Assembly (NCBI GenBank): GCA_043228905.1
Contig: JBHGNT010000001.1
Location: 21,018,001 to 21,082,000, forward strand
DNA: 64,000 bases
Reading direction: 5' to 3'
From: Azolla caroliniana
Taxonomy: Eukaryota > Plantae > Polypodiophyta
Under the pieces are notes generated by a model. The model ran no database searches. It worked only from the letters and a program-made list of their open reading frames with translations, and was not told the origin of the DNA. Below are positions 12,351 through 25,706 of this stretch, piece by piece (position 1 is the first letter of the stretch; each line of letters starts with the position of its first letter). The position numbers were made by a program, and so were the translations under genes.

Positions 12351-14124
12351 GCCTCTTTTTGATCGGGAAAGGATTGGTCAGTGACCGCCGAGTCAGTAGC
12401 TCCTTCGACTGGCTCAGGGCGTCGGGCGGGTGGCCGAGACCTCGTGGTGCGAGAGGGCGCCGTAACGGCGGCTGGTGGTTACCTTCAACGAAGTTCGCTG
12501 TGCACTCACAACTGTCCCACCGGGCGTGCCAAATTGTGTTACCCGTTCCTTTGGGTGAACACCTTCGATAGATCTGCGTCTATCGGTCTTCAAGGGCGTG
12601 GTACGTGAAGGCTCGTAACAGAGGCGTCGAGAGAGATACAGGGCTCAGAGAGAAAACACTAGCGAGGTCTTGATAAACGTTGTCGTGCCTTTCGGCTCCG
12701 GATCGTTGCGTGAGTCGGGTGGGAACCACAGAGGTCTTGGACTAGGAGAAAGAAGTTCGTGAGATAGAGATTAATTATGAGTAAATAGCAAAGAGAAAGA
12801 TAAGAAACTCGTGAATCACACGAGTATACTATATTAATTGGTACTTAGGGTGTTAAGAGAGAAGTAGATGTATAAATCGTGAATCCCACGAATAATTTTT
12901 GTATTGATTAATACTCAATCCAAATAATCAACAAAAACTACAATGTGCTCCCCATCCTTATATAGTAATGGGAGAGACTAAGCATAGCTACATGCTTTTT
13001 CTCATATGTTCATGCACACTAAATGTGCATGTGATGCCTTTCTAATCCTTGCTTTTATTTGCTAAATATAGTGCTCATGCACGCTAGATGTGCATGAGTC
13101 ACTTTTTTAGTTGCTTGCGTTTTTCTATAAAATATTCACGCACTCTAAAAATGCATGATTTACCTTTTAATAAAGGTAGGCGCAAATAAAGGACTTATAG
13201 TTATTAAATCTATTTATAGAACACTAAAGATAAGGTAGCATAATGGTAAAGTTGAGGTTTGGCTACGTGGAGGTGCAGAGTTCGAATCACGCCTTGCGTA
13301 GTAGTGAGTATTTCCTTCTTCTTTTTTACATTTATGTCTCTTTATCCGGCTCTTCCTTGCCGGTATGCCGTTTTCTTCCTTGCCGGTATGCCGTTTTCCT
13401 CCTTGCCGGTATGCCGTTTTCTTCCGGTTCTCACCGAGCACTCCATTCTCTATCCGGAGGGACAAAAATATAATTTCCACATAGTGTGCAACCTACACTA
13501 CGACAACGTGGCAGCGTGAAACTCATAGGTATGGATCAAAGCACAGACTCATGCAGCAAAAATAGGCACAAATCAGATATATTACTATGACAGAAAAGAT
13601 TACAGAACACGGCCTATGGCCGGTGACCTTACGAGTTTATCTAATTACGAAGGACTAAGCTAGTACTTCTGCCTATAGTTTTCTTCTCTGCCTCTCTGAG
13701 GTACTGGTCCTCGTTTAAATAACTTTTCCCCTAATACACAGCCGAGCCGTCGGTGGCCCGTGATACTCGGACTCGGCGTTTGCTAATTTCCTAATTTTAC
13801 ATTTCTATCCTCTGGACAACAGCTATGGCGAGCTTGAGCGCTATGATAGGATGGAGAAGAGGGTGAGGAAGGGGAGCGATGAGAGCGATGAGAGTTAGAA
13901 GGTTGGTTTCTGTATTGTGCAAAAAACCTTCTATTTCCTTCTTTTTGTGGCCTAGGGTTCATTGGTCGGTGAGCTATCATGGTGCCGCGTGTTCTTGGCC
14001 TAGAAGTCTGTGCATGTCTTAAGTCCTTTTAATAGCGTCACTATCTTTTCTTTTTTTTCTTTTTTTTTCGTAACGGTTACATACAATACTATTTTTACAC
14101 TATAGTACAAGTGGGGCCCTATAA

Positions 14125-16360
14125 TTACTCCGCGGATTCTCCGGCTTTGTCTTGTCCTGTGGGGAACGAGTTAGCTGGCGTAGGTCCTAGATAAGGTTTT
14201 AGGCGAAACCCATTCACTTTTTGACGTAACACTTCCCCGGCCAATGTGCCAAGTTGAAATGTGCCTTGTTCTGCTCCCACTATCCAATATGGGCTTGTCC
14301 AACGGAATCTTAATTTTCCTGGCATAGGCCCCATGCGTGTTTGGAAAACTAATACTGCTTTTCCAACCGTAAAGTCTTTTTGACGCGTATGCCGATGTCG
14401 TTCCACGAATGCTTTGAGCCGCCGTTGTTCCTGCTCCAATATGGCCATACTGCGTAACCTTGTTTCTCCTAGTTCTAGCAGTTGTTCTAGCCATACTTGT
14501 TCGGATTTGCCCTCCAGTAGCCGGGCTCGTACTTGAATCCACAAACTGGGTACCTGGAATTCGACTGGCATCACGGTCTCCAGACCAAATGCTAGCCTGA
14601 AAGGCGTTGATTGTATGCTGGTCTTATAGCTGGTATGGATGCCCATAACGCGTTGCACAATTTGGTATCCCAATCCGTTCTGTTCTCGTTGACAATCTTT
14701 TTAAGGATAGTTTGTAGGGTTTTGTTCGTGGATTCCGCTAAGCCATTTGCCTGTGGGTAATACGACGTACTTTTTTTGTGCACCACAATGTAATGTTGGG
14801 TCAGTTCGCTGATGACCGTATTCAGAAAGTGACTCCCTTGGTCACTAATGAGCTCGATAGGGCAGCCGAAACGACACCAGATGTGTTCGTAAAGGAATTT
14901 CGCCGTGACTGCCACCGTATTCTCGCATAGTGGTTTTGCTTCTACCCACTTGGTATAGTAATCCGTGGCCACCAAGATGTACTTATTGCCTATTCGAGCG
15001 GCCGCCGAGGGAAAGGGTCCCACAAAATCTAGCCCCCACTTTTGGAAAGGATCTAGTGGCAACACTAGTTGGTGTGGCATTCTTGCGACTTCCGTGGGCT
15101 GGCCCAGTCGTTGGCATAAATAGCACTATCGGCAATATTCATACGCGTCCTTTTGCGTCGTCGGCCACCAAAGTCCTGCTTGCCAAATTTTCCGGGTCGT
15201 AACATCGCCCGCGTAATGTCCTCCCGCCGTGCCACAGTGGGCTTCGCGTAGAACCGCGGCCTTCTCATCGTGCCGTATTCCGTGCCTCCAAATGCCGTCA
15301 CTGCCTTTGTGGTATAGTATGTCTTCTACTAAACAAAAATTTCGACTTCGTATGGCTAGTCGTTTTTTCTCGTCCGTCCGTAATTGGGGTGGCGGTAACC
15401 CTGTGGTCAGGAAGTAGGTCATTTCCATCAACCACCGATCCGGAAAAAGTCTTTTCCATTCGTTTTGCTAGAGTTGCTATGCGCAGAATGTCTGCATCTG
15501 GAAAGTCATCGTCATCCTTTTGCACCGTTTCTCCATTATCTAGTCTGCTTAAGAAGTTTGCCACCACGTGTTGCGTACCTGGTCGGTGCTGAATTACAAA
15601 GTCAATTTCCATCTAGCCAATTTCCCCGGCAACGCTTGTTTCCCTACCAAATATAGCAATGCCGAATGATCCACGTGAAACGTAAATTTCCACCCTAGCA
15701 GATAATGTTGGAACTTATTGATGTTGTATATCATACCCAACGCCTCACGTTCCGTTGTGGAATAGTTACGCTTCGCTGTTGATAGATTCCGACTAGCGTA
15801 GTACATTGGCTGGTACCAATTCGGCTCCGGGAGCTGCATTAGTGCACTAGCTATTGCTATATTCGAGGCATCTACGAACATGTGGAATGGCTTCGCCCAA
15901 ACTGGTGGTTGTACGACGGGTGCCTGCGTTAGCATTATCTTTAGTGCATCATATACCTTTTCTTCCGTTGTTGTCCATTTGAAAGGAGTCCGATGAACGA
16001 CGGCATGTAACGGCATGGTGAAGTCCGCCAAATAGCGTATCATCCGACTGTGCCATCGTATTTGTCCCAAAAACTGGTTGAGTTCTTTCATGTTTGTTGG
16101 TGTTTTCGTGTGAGTAATCGCGGAGATTTTGTTCGGATCGACCACCATCCCTTCCTTACTGACTATGTGGCCGAGAAGAGCCCCGCTGGTAACGCCGAAG
16201 GCGCATTTGGGAGGATTCAAGCTTAAGCGTGCGGTTCGGCAACACTCCAGGCAAAGCTACAGATGCGTAAAATGGTCGGTTGTTGTCCCATATACCGCAA
16301 AATCGTCTAAAAAACTTGCATGAAGGCCGGAATATATTCCCCAAAAATCTCTGTGATTGT
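14125..16360 (-). pseudogene. G1 pol remnant: RT C-terminal half, RNase H, integrase
   Basis: VFLDDF, KCAFG, VDAS..YASR..EREALG..VDH, H2C2 AHCGTAGGHY, WGLDFVGP, SDQGSHF and PQANGLAE. Protease and the RT N-part are deleted. Confidence 0.88.
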
Positions 16361-16439
16361 CCCCAAAAAAAGTGGCATAATGTCCGGGCTGTTGGCAAAC
16401 AAAACAATGGATCTTTTCGGCAACTGGTGGTGTGTGTCA

Positions 16440-17777
16440 ATCCCCATGTGTGACTTGCTCCTCCCGGTCCTGGTTCGTTTATCGGAACGGACGCGGTGTT
16501 GCTGTTGGTCCCGGCGCGGTTCCTAGTGCCAGTCATTGTCCGAACTTTTGTCGTACTGCCGTTGGTCCCGATACTGACGATGTTTTCCACGAGGCCCATT
16601 GAAGCCGCCACGTTTGTTCGTCGGACGGTAATTCTCATAGCATCTGCCCCCTTTAGTATTTTTGTGGTTGCCATGGTAGTCTTCATCTTCCGGCTCGTCT
16701 TCCTCGGAATCGTTGTTATTCCGGCGATTCTGGTAGTGCCGGTCATCGCGTTGGTTCCGATCCATATACCAGGGTCGTTCTTCTTGCCGCCTTTGCTCAT
16801 TACGGAGAGGGGGGCGTTGTGTTTCCACGCTTCGTACTGTGGGCATGGCTCTGTTCAACATATTGTACTCATACTACTCAATTGTGTGTGCTTTCGAGTG
16901 ACAGATTGGGCAGTGGATTTGCATGTTGCATTTGACTGCGGAATGCCCAGAGTTCATGTTGGATTTCCTGGCAGAAGTGTCGTTCCTCGTCCTCAGGTAA
17001 TGCTTGCCGTAGTGAGGACATGGAAAACCTTTCTTCTTCATCGTCCAACTCGAGTTGTAGCGCTCGTTCTATGACCATGTCGACCGTTTCTCCTTTGACA
17101 TTACTGTTGTTGAGCATGGTCCGTATCAGTCAACGTAGAGCTACCAGGAATGTCTCCCGAGCCTCGTCCTCCGTCGGGCCTCGTTCTAATTTTCGTCGTA
17201 GATTTTGGAAGCGTAAACTGAAATCCGCTACCGTCTCGGCCGACAACTGTTTAATTGTATAAAACTGCCCGAGGATTTCGCGTTGGGGCACCTTCCGATG
17301 AAAGAAGCGCAAAAAGGCCGAGTGCAGCTGTTCAAAGGTCTTGATTGCTGGCAGATCCATTTGCGAATGCCAAAACGCCGCTCTCCCATCCAGAGTTAAT
17401 CCGAACTCTGTCATTCTAGACTGGTGTCCAACTTCTTCGGGAAGGCTCTGCGCCATGTGATTTGCATTCCAGACATTTAGGAATAGGCGAATGTGGGTTG
17501 CGGCGTTGGTTTCGCTTTCGAAACAGGGATACGAGAAGGCCATACTGGATGCTACGGCGGGCAGGGAAGGACCACAGTGCTTGTGTGGTGAGCGAACTTT
17601 CTGCCTATCGCCAGGGTATCTGGTGAGCGGAAAGTCATCTTTGTGGTTCCGACAGGTATCACTGAGGTCACTGAGGCGAGGCTTTCGCCATGCACGTTCC
17701 TCTGCCTTGCGTGTGATGGACCTTGTGATTGGTCGGTCTTGTCGTGTTGGTTCTCTAGGGCGTTTGCGGCTAAACAT
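16440..17777 (-). pseudogene. G1 gag
   Basis: FGLTLDGRAAFWH..LRFFHRK..ETVADFSLRF. Collinear and homologous with B gag. Confidence 0.85.
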
Positions 17778-18155
17778 CCATTCATTGTTGTTCGTCTATG
17801 AGAAGACACAGATCACCAAGCATGCCAAAAGTGTTACCGATTAGGAACACGGTCTTCAGTCAATCCTTCGACCTAGACCTCAAGGTGACTGCGTAGCTCC
17901 GAATGGTACTATCGTGCCATAAAGCGTAATGGGATACCTCTCCGTATCCTAGTAGCGTATAAGAGAGACGGCTACAACCAAACTCCCTAGACAACGCACT
18001 CGTCATAACACTCACACTTACGCCTATGCTTTCTTACGATTACGGTGATTATGGTACGCCACCAAGAATCACAAACACACAGTAGATTAACCATAGATAT
18101 GCACAGGATATCCGAGAAGATAAAACTCTATTAAGATAAGCTCTATGCACCAAAA

Positions 18156-21100
18156 TGTGAAGAATAGCGTGCGGAAGCAATAGGAAATCGAACCCAGAAA
18201 ATACGCAGGTTTAATGGAGAGCTTGTATATGCACAGTACGTGGGAGAGACAAAGAGAGAAAACACACACAAAAACACGATTCAAAATAATACTCAATCTG
18301 TACATAGGATGTGCTCAGTGAGCACTTTTATACAAGTCCATACGGACTGACAAAAGTACTGACACGTACTTCAATGCTCATAACTTAGCTCTACGCTAAC
18401 TCTTAAAATATATTCCTACGCGGAATATATTTCCAACAGCCTCGCGGTTTACACACCACTACGGCTTCTCGTTATGCACCGGTTTGCGTACAGGTTTACG
18501 CACCCGTTTTACGCACCGGTCTGGCCTAACCGATTCTCGGCTTGCACAACCGATCCGGCCAAGGTTGAGCTTGTATCTCAACACTCCCCCTCAAGCTCAA
18601 CTTGAGGTTCCATCTGCTCTTCAGGATCTGCTCTCCGGTTCCTTCTGGCTTCATGCCTCGCTCAAGCTCCTCGACCCGTTTTATTCCGCGGGCCTTGACC
18701 CTTTCGGTTGGCTTGTCTGCTCACACGGACCTTCTCAGCTTCCTTGTTGTTGCGGTGTTGGCGCCTCTTCTGTTGCCTTCTCTTCCGCTTGGCCTTTGGT
18801 TGATTCAGCGTATTCGAACTGACTCGGCTTCCTCCGATCGGTTTTCACTCTCGTCTGAGTTGGTTGTCTCCAACTCGTCCTCGGCTTCGGCTCTTTCTTT
18901 CGACTAATCCCCATATGTCTGCTTTCGGACTCTTCCGCAGGTCCGCCCTCGACTTCTTCAGTTGGTCCGAAATCGAATTCGTCATCCGACTCAGCGTCGC
19001 GGTCTTCATCTTCTGGAACGTCTCTCCCCCTCAAGTTCGACGCGTTGAGGTGCGCACCGGAGAATTGCCGTTCCAGACCAAGAGGCTTGGTGAAGATGTC
19101 GACGCTCTGCCGATCCGTCGGAACATACTGAAGTTCGACTTCACTGGAGAGGACATGCTCACGGACGAAATGGTAGTGCACCTCAATGTGCTTAGTCCGG
19201 GCGTGGAAGACGGGGTTCATAGCTAGCTAGATGTTGTTGAGGTTGTTGCAGTAGATTGTCGTTGGGTCGGATACCTCCACCTGCAGATCCTTAAGTACCC
19301 GCTTCAACCAAATGGCTTCGCATGTCACGACAACCGCTCCTCTATACTCGGCTTCGGTGCTCGATAGCGCAACTATCGGCTGCTTCTTGCTACTCCATGT
19401 GATCGCGACATTCCCGAGAGAGAACGCGAAACCGGACGTGGATCGGCGATTGCCTGCATTTCCGGCCCAATCAGCATCGGTGTAACTGACCAACTATGCG
19501 GTAGTATTTGCCCGATATAGTAGCCCCTGGTCCTTAGTGCCAGTGATGTACCAGAGTACGCGTTGTGCGCACTGAAGGTGCTTCTCGGTCGGTCGCGCCA
19601 TGAACTGACTAATCACCCCGACCGAGTAGCTGAGATCTGGTTAGGTGATGGTCAAATATATAAGGCTTCCGACTTTCCAGAATCGGGGCGAAGCTTGACG
19701 GTTCTATCTAGAGGAGTCGAGACGGACTTGCAGTCGGCCATCCCGAATTTGAAGAGCATATTCAACGCGTAATGACGTTGGCTGATCAAGATGCCTTCGG
19801 GGGTACGGATCACTTCGATCCAGAGGAAGTAATGAAGGTCCCCCAGATCCATCATGTCGAATGATGCCGTGAGTTGGAGCTTCACGCAGTCTATCTCACC
19901 TAGGTCGGCGCCGGTGATGACCAAGTCATCAACATAAAGTAAAATACTAACAGGCTCGAGTCGACCTTTACGGATGAACAGTGAGGAATCTGATTTTGAC
20001 GTCACAAAGCCCATCTGACGCAATCGTTGTGTGATCTTCGCGTTCCAGGCACGCGGGGCTTGCTTTAGTCCGTAAAGGGACTTCTTCAATCGGCACACCG
20101 CCGAAGTGTTCGTTCCGGAGTGAAATCCGGGGGGTTGTACCATGTACACCTGTTCCTCAAGCTCACCTTGCAGGAACGCATTCCTTACATCCATCTGATG
20201 TAAACGCCACCCCTTTGCCGCACTGACCGCGAGCAAAACACGGACGATCGTCATCTTCGCGACCGGCGCAAACGTCTCATCGTAGTCGATGCCGTATTTC
20301 TGCGCGTAGCCTTTTGCTACTAATCGGGCCTTGTAGCAGTTGACCGAGCAGTCAGTGTTGTACTTGACCTTGTACACCCACCTGCATCCGGTCAGCTTCA
20401 CACCTTTCGGTGCGTCAATCAGGTCCCAGGTTTCATTCACCGTCAATGCGTGCATCTCTTCCTCCATTGCGGCACGCCAATTCGCGTCCTTCGCCGCTTC
20501 TGCGTAGCTCTCAGGCTCACGCACTTCCGCTACACATATCATGTACGCATAGTGATGTGCCATGTACTCATTGTAACTGAACCGCACAACAGGGTTCTTC
20601 TGGCGGGTTGATCGACGTAATTGCTCATTAGCCGATGTAAGGTTTTCATGGCCGACATAGACTTCGCTCTCAAAGACCCGTCGTCACTTCCCTCGGCGTC
20701 GATCCGACTCGTTCCTATCCATGCCGTAATCCAACACCTTCTTCTTCCCTTTTTCTTTGCGCGTAAACCGTCTCCTCGGCTTCCTGTGCGGGGAATGCAC
20801 GGCCGAGTCTCCACTACTTGCCGGCTCTTCATCGGACTGGTCGAACCGACTCAGTCGTCCATCCAGTCCGCTTAACCAAAACGAAATATGACTGTATTCA
20901 TGGGTCCCAATTTCAAGCTCATCCGGAGGCATCTTGGCCTCGCTGACCTCATCATCAGAACTCGGATTGGAGGTGAGGTCCGGAGTCAGAGGCAAGTACC
21001 AGGACACGGACTCGTCAAGCACCACATCATGGCTCACGCACGCTTGTTTGGTGCGAGGGTTAGAACACTTATAACCCTTTTGCTCATCCGAGTAGCCGAC

Positions 21101-23799
21101 CAAGATACACTTCTCAGCTTTCGTGTCCAACTTCATCCGTTTCTCCTTCGGTATATGCACATACGCAATGCTACCGAAAACTCTCAAGTGTCGTAGATTC
21201 GGCTTCCTTCCGAAATAGTGCTCATGCGCCGACACTTTGTCTCCGATCCAATTTTGGATGTATACTCCGGTTCATACCGCCTCGGCCCAATAGAACTTGG
21301 GCAAGCTCTTCTCCACCAGCATTGCCCGTGCCACTTCTACAATTGACCGGTTCTTCCTCTCAGCCACACCGTTTTGATCCGACGTGCATCTACAATTGAA
21401 TTTGCGCCAAATTCCCATATGTTGCAGATAGCCATTGAATTGACCGGAAAAGTATTCTTTTCCGCCATCCGACCGTAGGCACTTGATCATTCGTCATGTT
21501 TCCGTTTCCACGAACCCTTTGAGGTCCCGGAAATAGTCGAAGACTTCACTCTTCTTCACAATGAGATAGATCCACGTGTGCCGCGTATAGTCGTCGATGA
21601 AGGAGACAAAATATCGACTCCTGCCAAGACTAACGTTCTGTGCCGGCCCCCATACATCGGAATGTATCAAGTCGAGCTTGTTTCGGCTCTGGTTATGCTC
21701 GTTAGGGAAAGGAAGTCGGTGTTATTTCCTGAATTGGCAAGCCTCACAAATTTGTGCCTTTCGGCCACTAAATGTGGGTAATCTGAACATCACTTGTTTC
21801 GATTGCAAGTCCTGAAGCCATTGATAGTTGCCATGGCCTATCCGCTTGTGCCATAAGTCGATATCCGACTCGACTTTTTGTCCTTTCACAAACATTGTGG
21901 TGCCATCGTCACTAGAGTCGAGGATAAACATCCTCCCGTCTTTGCGCCCTTGCGCAATAACTCGGCCTTCTTCTTCGATGAAGCACCCGAGATGCGTGAA
22001 CCGGACTTGCATTCCCTGGTCGACGATCTGCCCGACCAACACCAGATTCTTCGTGATTGTGGGGACGTGTAACACGTTCATAAGTTTCCCTTTCTGCCCG
22101 ACATGGCTCAAGGGAACTTCACTGACATTCGCGATTGGATGCGGAGTGTCATCTCCGGTTGCGACTACTCCCAGTTACATCAGTTTTTCCAGGTACGAGA
22201 ACCACTCCTTCTGGCACGTCATGTGGTTTGACGCACTGGAGTCAACGTACCACACCTCGTCTCAGTTCGGGGTGGACATCTTCATAGAGTTTGCTTCGTG
22301 TCTCATCACGAAGGCTGACCCTTTTTTGGCTTTTTTGGACCCTGCGGCGTAGTGCCATCGCTGCCAATTTCCTTTGTCGGTTTGTCCGGAGCCTGATCCG
22401 GATCCGGATCCGGTCCTCTCTTAATCGGCACGCTTCTTCCAGCACTCTCTGTCCTTGTGACCTTTCTTGCCACAATACCAGTATTCCGCAACAGATTTCC
22501 CTTGCTGGTTCTCGTCGCCTCGACTCCCCCTGTTTTCGGAGGGTCTGGAATTGTTGTCGGCATCACTTCGGTGCCTTCGTCCTTGATCCCGTCGGCCGCC
22601 TCCATTGCGCACCGACTCGCCTCGTCCGCCACGACAACAGGGCCTATCTCCCTCCGTGTACAACATCTTGTTGTCAGCATGCGTGCTCGTCAACGCACCC
22701 CCGTGGTTCTCCTCTATAAGGAGCATCGAGAGTAGGTCGAAAAACGACGACATATTCTCCCATGTACACACAACAGTTCGGAATGTTCCAAACTTCGACG
22801 CTAGTCCCCTGAGACAGATCTGCACCATCTCGACTTCCTCAACGTTCACATCAATGGAGGCTAAGGAATCACATATATCTTTGATCTTCAAGGTGTAATC
22901 AGCCACTGACAAATCGGGTTGTCGTAGGTTGCTTAGCTCCTACCGGAGTTGAAGCTTCCTGGCTGTAGTGCTTGTGGCGAAAATCTTCTTCAGATTTCCC
23001 CAAGCATCTTTCGACGTTTTTGCATCCCGAATGTAGCTTAGGAGCTGTTCACCCACACAAGACGCGAAGTAGTATAGTACTCTGCTCGCCGACTGTTCCC
23101 ACACCGGGAAATCTCTGTGTGTCGATTCGAGTGTTGTGTCATTTGCTCCATTGACATAGCTCCAGTAACCGTGCCCGAGCAGGTACTGGTGCATCTTGTA
23201 GGACCAAGACACGTAGTTGTTTCTGTCGAGCTTCTCCGTCGAAAGCGAGCTAGCCATGCCTCTATCCATAAGTTTTACCTATTTTTCTTGCTTAGTGTCC
23301 CTTTCAAGCTATGTCGACTGCAAAGGTTCTCAACCCTCGCGCTCTGATACCATGTGAAGAATAGCATGCGGAAGCAATAGGAAATCAAACGTAGAAAATA
23401 TGCAGGTTTAATGGAGAGCTTGTATATGCACAGTATGCAAGAGAGACAGAGAGATAGAACACATAGAAAAACACGAATTAAAATAATACTCAATCTGTAC
23501 ATAGGACGTGCTCAGTGAGCACTTTTTTACAAGTCCATGCGGACTGACAGAAGTATTGACACGTACTTCAATGCTCATAACTGAGCTTTACGCTAACTCC
23601 CAAAATATATTCCTACGCGGAATATCTTTCCAATGGCCTCGCGGTTTATGCACCGCTACGGCTTCTCGTTATGCACCGGTTTGCGTACTGGTTTACGCAC
23701 CCGTTTTACGCACCGGTCCGGCTTAACCGATCGGCCCCAACCGATTCGGTTCTCGACTTGCACAACCGATCCGGCCAATGTTGAGCTTGTATCTCAACA
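18156..23799 (-). mobile_element. Full-length degenerate Ty1/copia 'Copia-2' inserted in the G1 5' LTR
   Basis: LTRs 18156-18583 and 23353-23799. TSD CAAAA at 18151-18155 and 23800-23804. PBS-iMet at 23340-23352. PPT AGGGGGAG at 18584-18591. Confidence 0.95.
18735..23269 (-). pseudogene. Copia-2 gag-pol (Gag, protease, integrase, RT, RNase H), multiple disruptions
   Basis: CWYCGKKGH-type knuckle, WYVDSSASNHM protease, WHKRIGH, LRSDGGKEY, LYVDDL and HARTKHIEVHYHFVRE. Confidence 0.92.
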
Positions 23800-23963
23800 C
23801 AAAATTTACACGCTACCTCTATCAGAGGATTTCCGCCCTTTATATACACAGGGTCTTTTTAGCGGTTCATGCTTCCCGTCTGAACCGTTTACATGTGTTA
23901 CAATTTTACTATATTCTATATTTCTTCACTTCTGTCTGTGGGTTACTATTCCGGCGGACAACA

Positions 23964-25229
23964 CAAGTGAAGTCATCGATGAAGGTTACGAAGTAACGGC
24001 TTCCTCCGATGCTCACGTTCTGTGTCGGTCCCCATACATCCGAATGGATCACATTGAGTTTCTTGTTCTACCCGACTTGGCTATGGGGAACTTCATCGAC
24101 ATGTTCGATGGTATGCGGAGTATTGTCTCCAGTTTCCACCACTCCCAGTTTTTCCGGTTTCTCCAAGTACGAGAACTATTCCTCATGACTTGACATATGA
24201 TTTGATGCTCCGGAGTCAACATACCACACCTTGTTGGGTTTCGCGGTGTTCAGAGCCATTGAATTGGCCTTGCAAAGGCTGGGCTAGATCCATTTTCGGC
24301 TCGTTCGGAGCCCTCGGTGTAGTGCGATCGTTGCCGATTTCCTTGTTCGGTCCGCTCAGAGCCGGATACGATTTTCTCTGAATCAGCTCGTTTCTTCCAG
24401 CCTTGCTATCTTTGTGGCCTTTCTTGCCACAATACCAACATTCCACGATAGGCTTTCCTTGCCAGTTTTCGACGTCGTCTTGACTCCCCCTTCTTCCAAA
24501 TGGTCCGGAACTATTGTTGGAATTACAACCATGCCTTCTATCCTACTCGTATTGGTGGCCTCCATTGCGTGCCGACTCGCCTTGTCCACCATGACCACCA
24601 GGCCTATCTTCCTCCATGTACAACATCTTGTTGTCGGCGCGCGTACTCGTTGACGCACCTGCGTGGTTCTCTTCTACTAGGAGCATTGATTGTAAATTGA
24701 AAAACGACGGTGTATTCTCCCTTGTACAGATAGCAATTCATAAAGCTCCAAACTTTGAACCTAACCCTCTTAGGCAGACCTGCACCATTTTGTCCTCCTC
24801 GACGTTTACATCGACGGAAGCGAGAGAGTCGAAAATGTCCTTGATCTTGGAGATGTAATCAGCCACCGACATATCTCATTGTCAAACATTGCTTAACTCT
24901 TGCCTGAGTTGGAGTATTCTGCCTGTGGTGCTCGCGGCGAAAATCTTTTTCAGATTTCCCCAAGCATCCTTCAGTGTCTTCGCATCCTGAATGTATCTCA
25001 GAAGCTGATTGCTCACATAGGATGCGAAGCAGTAGAGAACTCTGCTTGCCGCTTGTTCCCAGGCCAGAAAATCTTTGTGTGTCGATTCGGGTGCTGCGTC
25101 ATTAGCTCCATCGACATAACTCCAGTAGCCATGCCCGAGCACGTATTGGTGCATCTTGTACAACCAAAATGCGTAGTTGCTTCTATCGAGCTTCTCCGTC
25201 GGAAGCGAGCTACCCATTCCTCTGTCCAT
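23964..25229 (-). pseudogene. Copia-1 gag, protease and integrase N-part
   Basis: MDRGMGSSLPTEKLDRSNY... and ECWYCGKKGH. Same family as Copia-2. Confidence 0.85.
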
Positions 25230-25706
25230 TCTTTCCTTCTTCTATTCTTCACCATGATTAGGGTTTTTTTGTTTATCACCAGCAGAGGATCTCAACCCTC
25301 GCGCTCTGATACCATGTAAAAGAATACGAGCGAAAGCTTAACAAACACAACCAGGTAACAATAGACAAAAGACAAAGAAGATGAGGAAGGTTTAATGGAA
25401 AGCTTAATCAACACAACTTATGTGGGAGAGATAGAGAGAGTAGAACATACATAGAAAATTCTATTCCAAAACAATACTCTAAAACTCTGTACATAGGATG
25501 TGCTCAGAGAGCACTTTTATAAAGTCCATACAGACTGACAGAAGTATTGACTCATACTTCAATGCTCATCAATGAGCCCCTACACTAACTCCCAAAATAT
25601 ATTCCTCCGCAGAATATCTATCCAATGGCCTCCCGGTTTATGCACCGCTACGGCCTCTCGTTGTGCACCTGGTTTACACACCCAATGTTGAGCTTGTATC
25701 TCAACA

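Larger units (their letters stand above)
7757..13505 (-). mobile_element. Ty3/gypsy element 'C' inserted in the B 5' LTR, with its gag region replaced by a duplicated B segment
   Basis: LTRs 7757-8627 and 12681-13505 (TGTCGTG..TACGACA). TSD ACGT at 7753-7756 (also 12677-12680) and 13506-13509. PPT GGAGGGGGCGAG at 8628-8639. Confidence 0.9.
4282..13821 (-). mobile_element. Non-autonomous gypsy LTR element 'B' (gag fused to coiled-coil ORF, no pol)
   Basis: LTR 4282-4737 and split LTR 7613-7756 / 12537-12680 + 13506-13821. TSD GCTAT at 4277-4281 and 13822-13826. PBS TGGCACGCCCAGTGGGAC at 7590-7607 (minus). Confidence 0.9.
3736..13980 (-). pseudogene. G1 additional ORF 3' of pol, split by element B (pieces 13980-13822 and 4281-3736)
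   Basis: Starts MIAHRPMNPRPQ at 13980 and continues past the B TSD into ...WLVEKRLDGY...RRYFGPY...GRKVDWGVI. The position is typical of Tat/Athila extra ORFs. Confidence 0.6.
3115..23963 (-). mobile_element. Ty3/gypsy (non-chromovirus, Tat/Athila-like) LTR retrotransposon 'G1', internally deleted, hosting B and Copia-2
   Basis: LTRs 3115-3519 and 17832-18155+23800-23963 (TGTTACCG..GGACAACA). TSD CAAG at 3111-3114 and 23964-23967. PBS-like TGGCATGCTTGGTGA at 17813-17827. Order on minus: gag, RT C-part, RNaseH, integrase, extra ORF. Confidence 0.9.
650..25706 (-). mobile_element. Ty1/copia LTR retrotransposon 'Copia-1', degenerate, 3' LTR missing, split by the G1 insertion
   Basis: 5' LTR 25315-25706 (TG..CA) and PBS TGGTATCAGAGCG (tRNA-iMet) at 25302-25314. 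gag starts at 25229. Integrase is interrupted at 3114/23964 (YFVTFIDDF|TWVCLI). RT/RNaseH ORFs 1613-2332 and 719-1537 contain [14 protein letters not shown] and SSTEAEY. Confidence 0.9.

Noticed and set aside
7396-13505. Treating 7613-8627 and 12537-13505 as the LTR pair of one element
   Set aside because: The first 144 bp belong to the B LTR (matches 4282 onward and resumes at 13506 after TSD ACGT). The true C LTR starts at 7757/12681.
16496-17074. Long plus-strand hydrophobic ORFs opposite gag/pol (also 4873-5262, 36644-37279 and, on minus, 56953-57645)
   Set aside because: Antisense shadows of retroelement coding sequence with no independent motifs.
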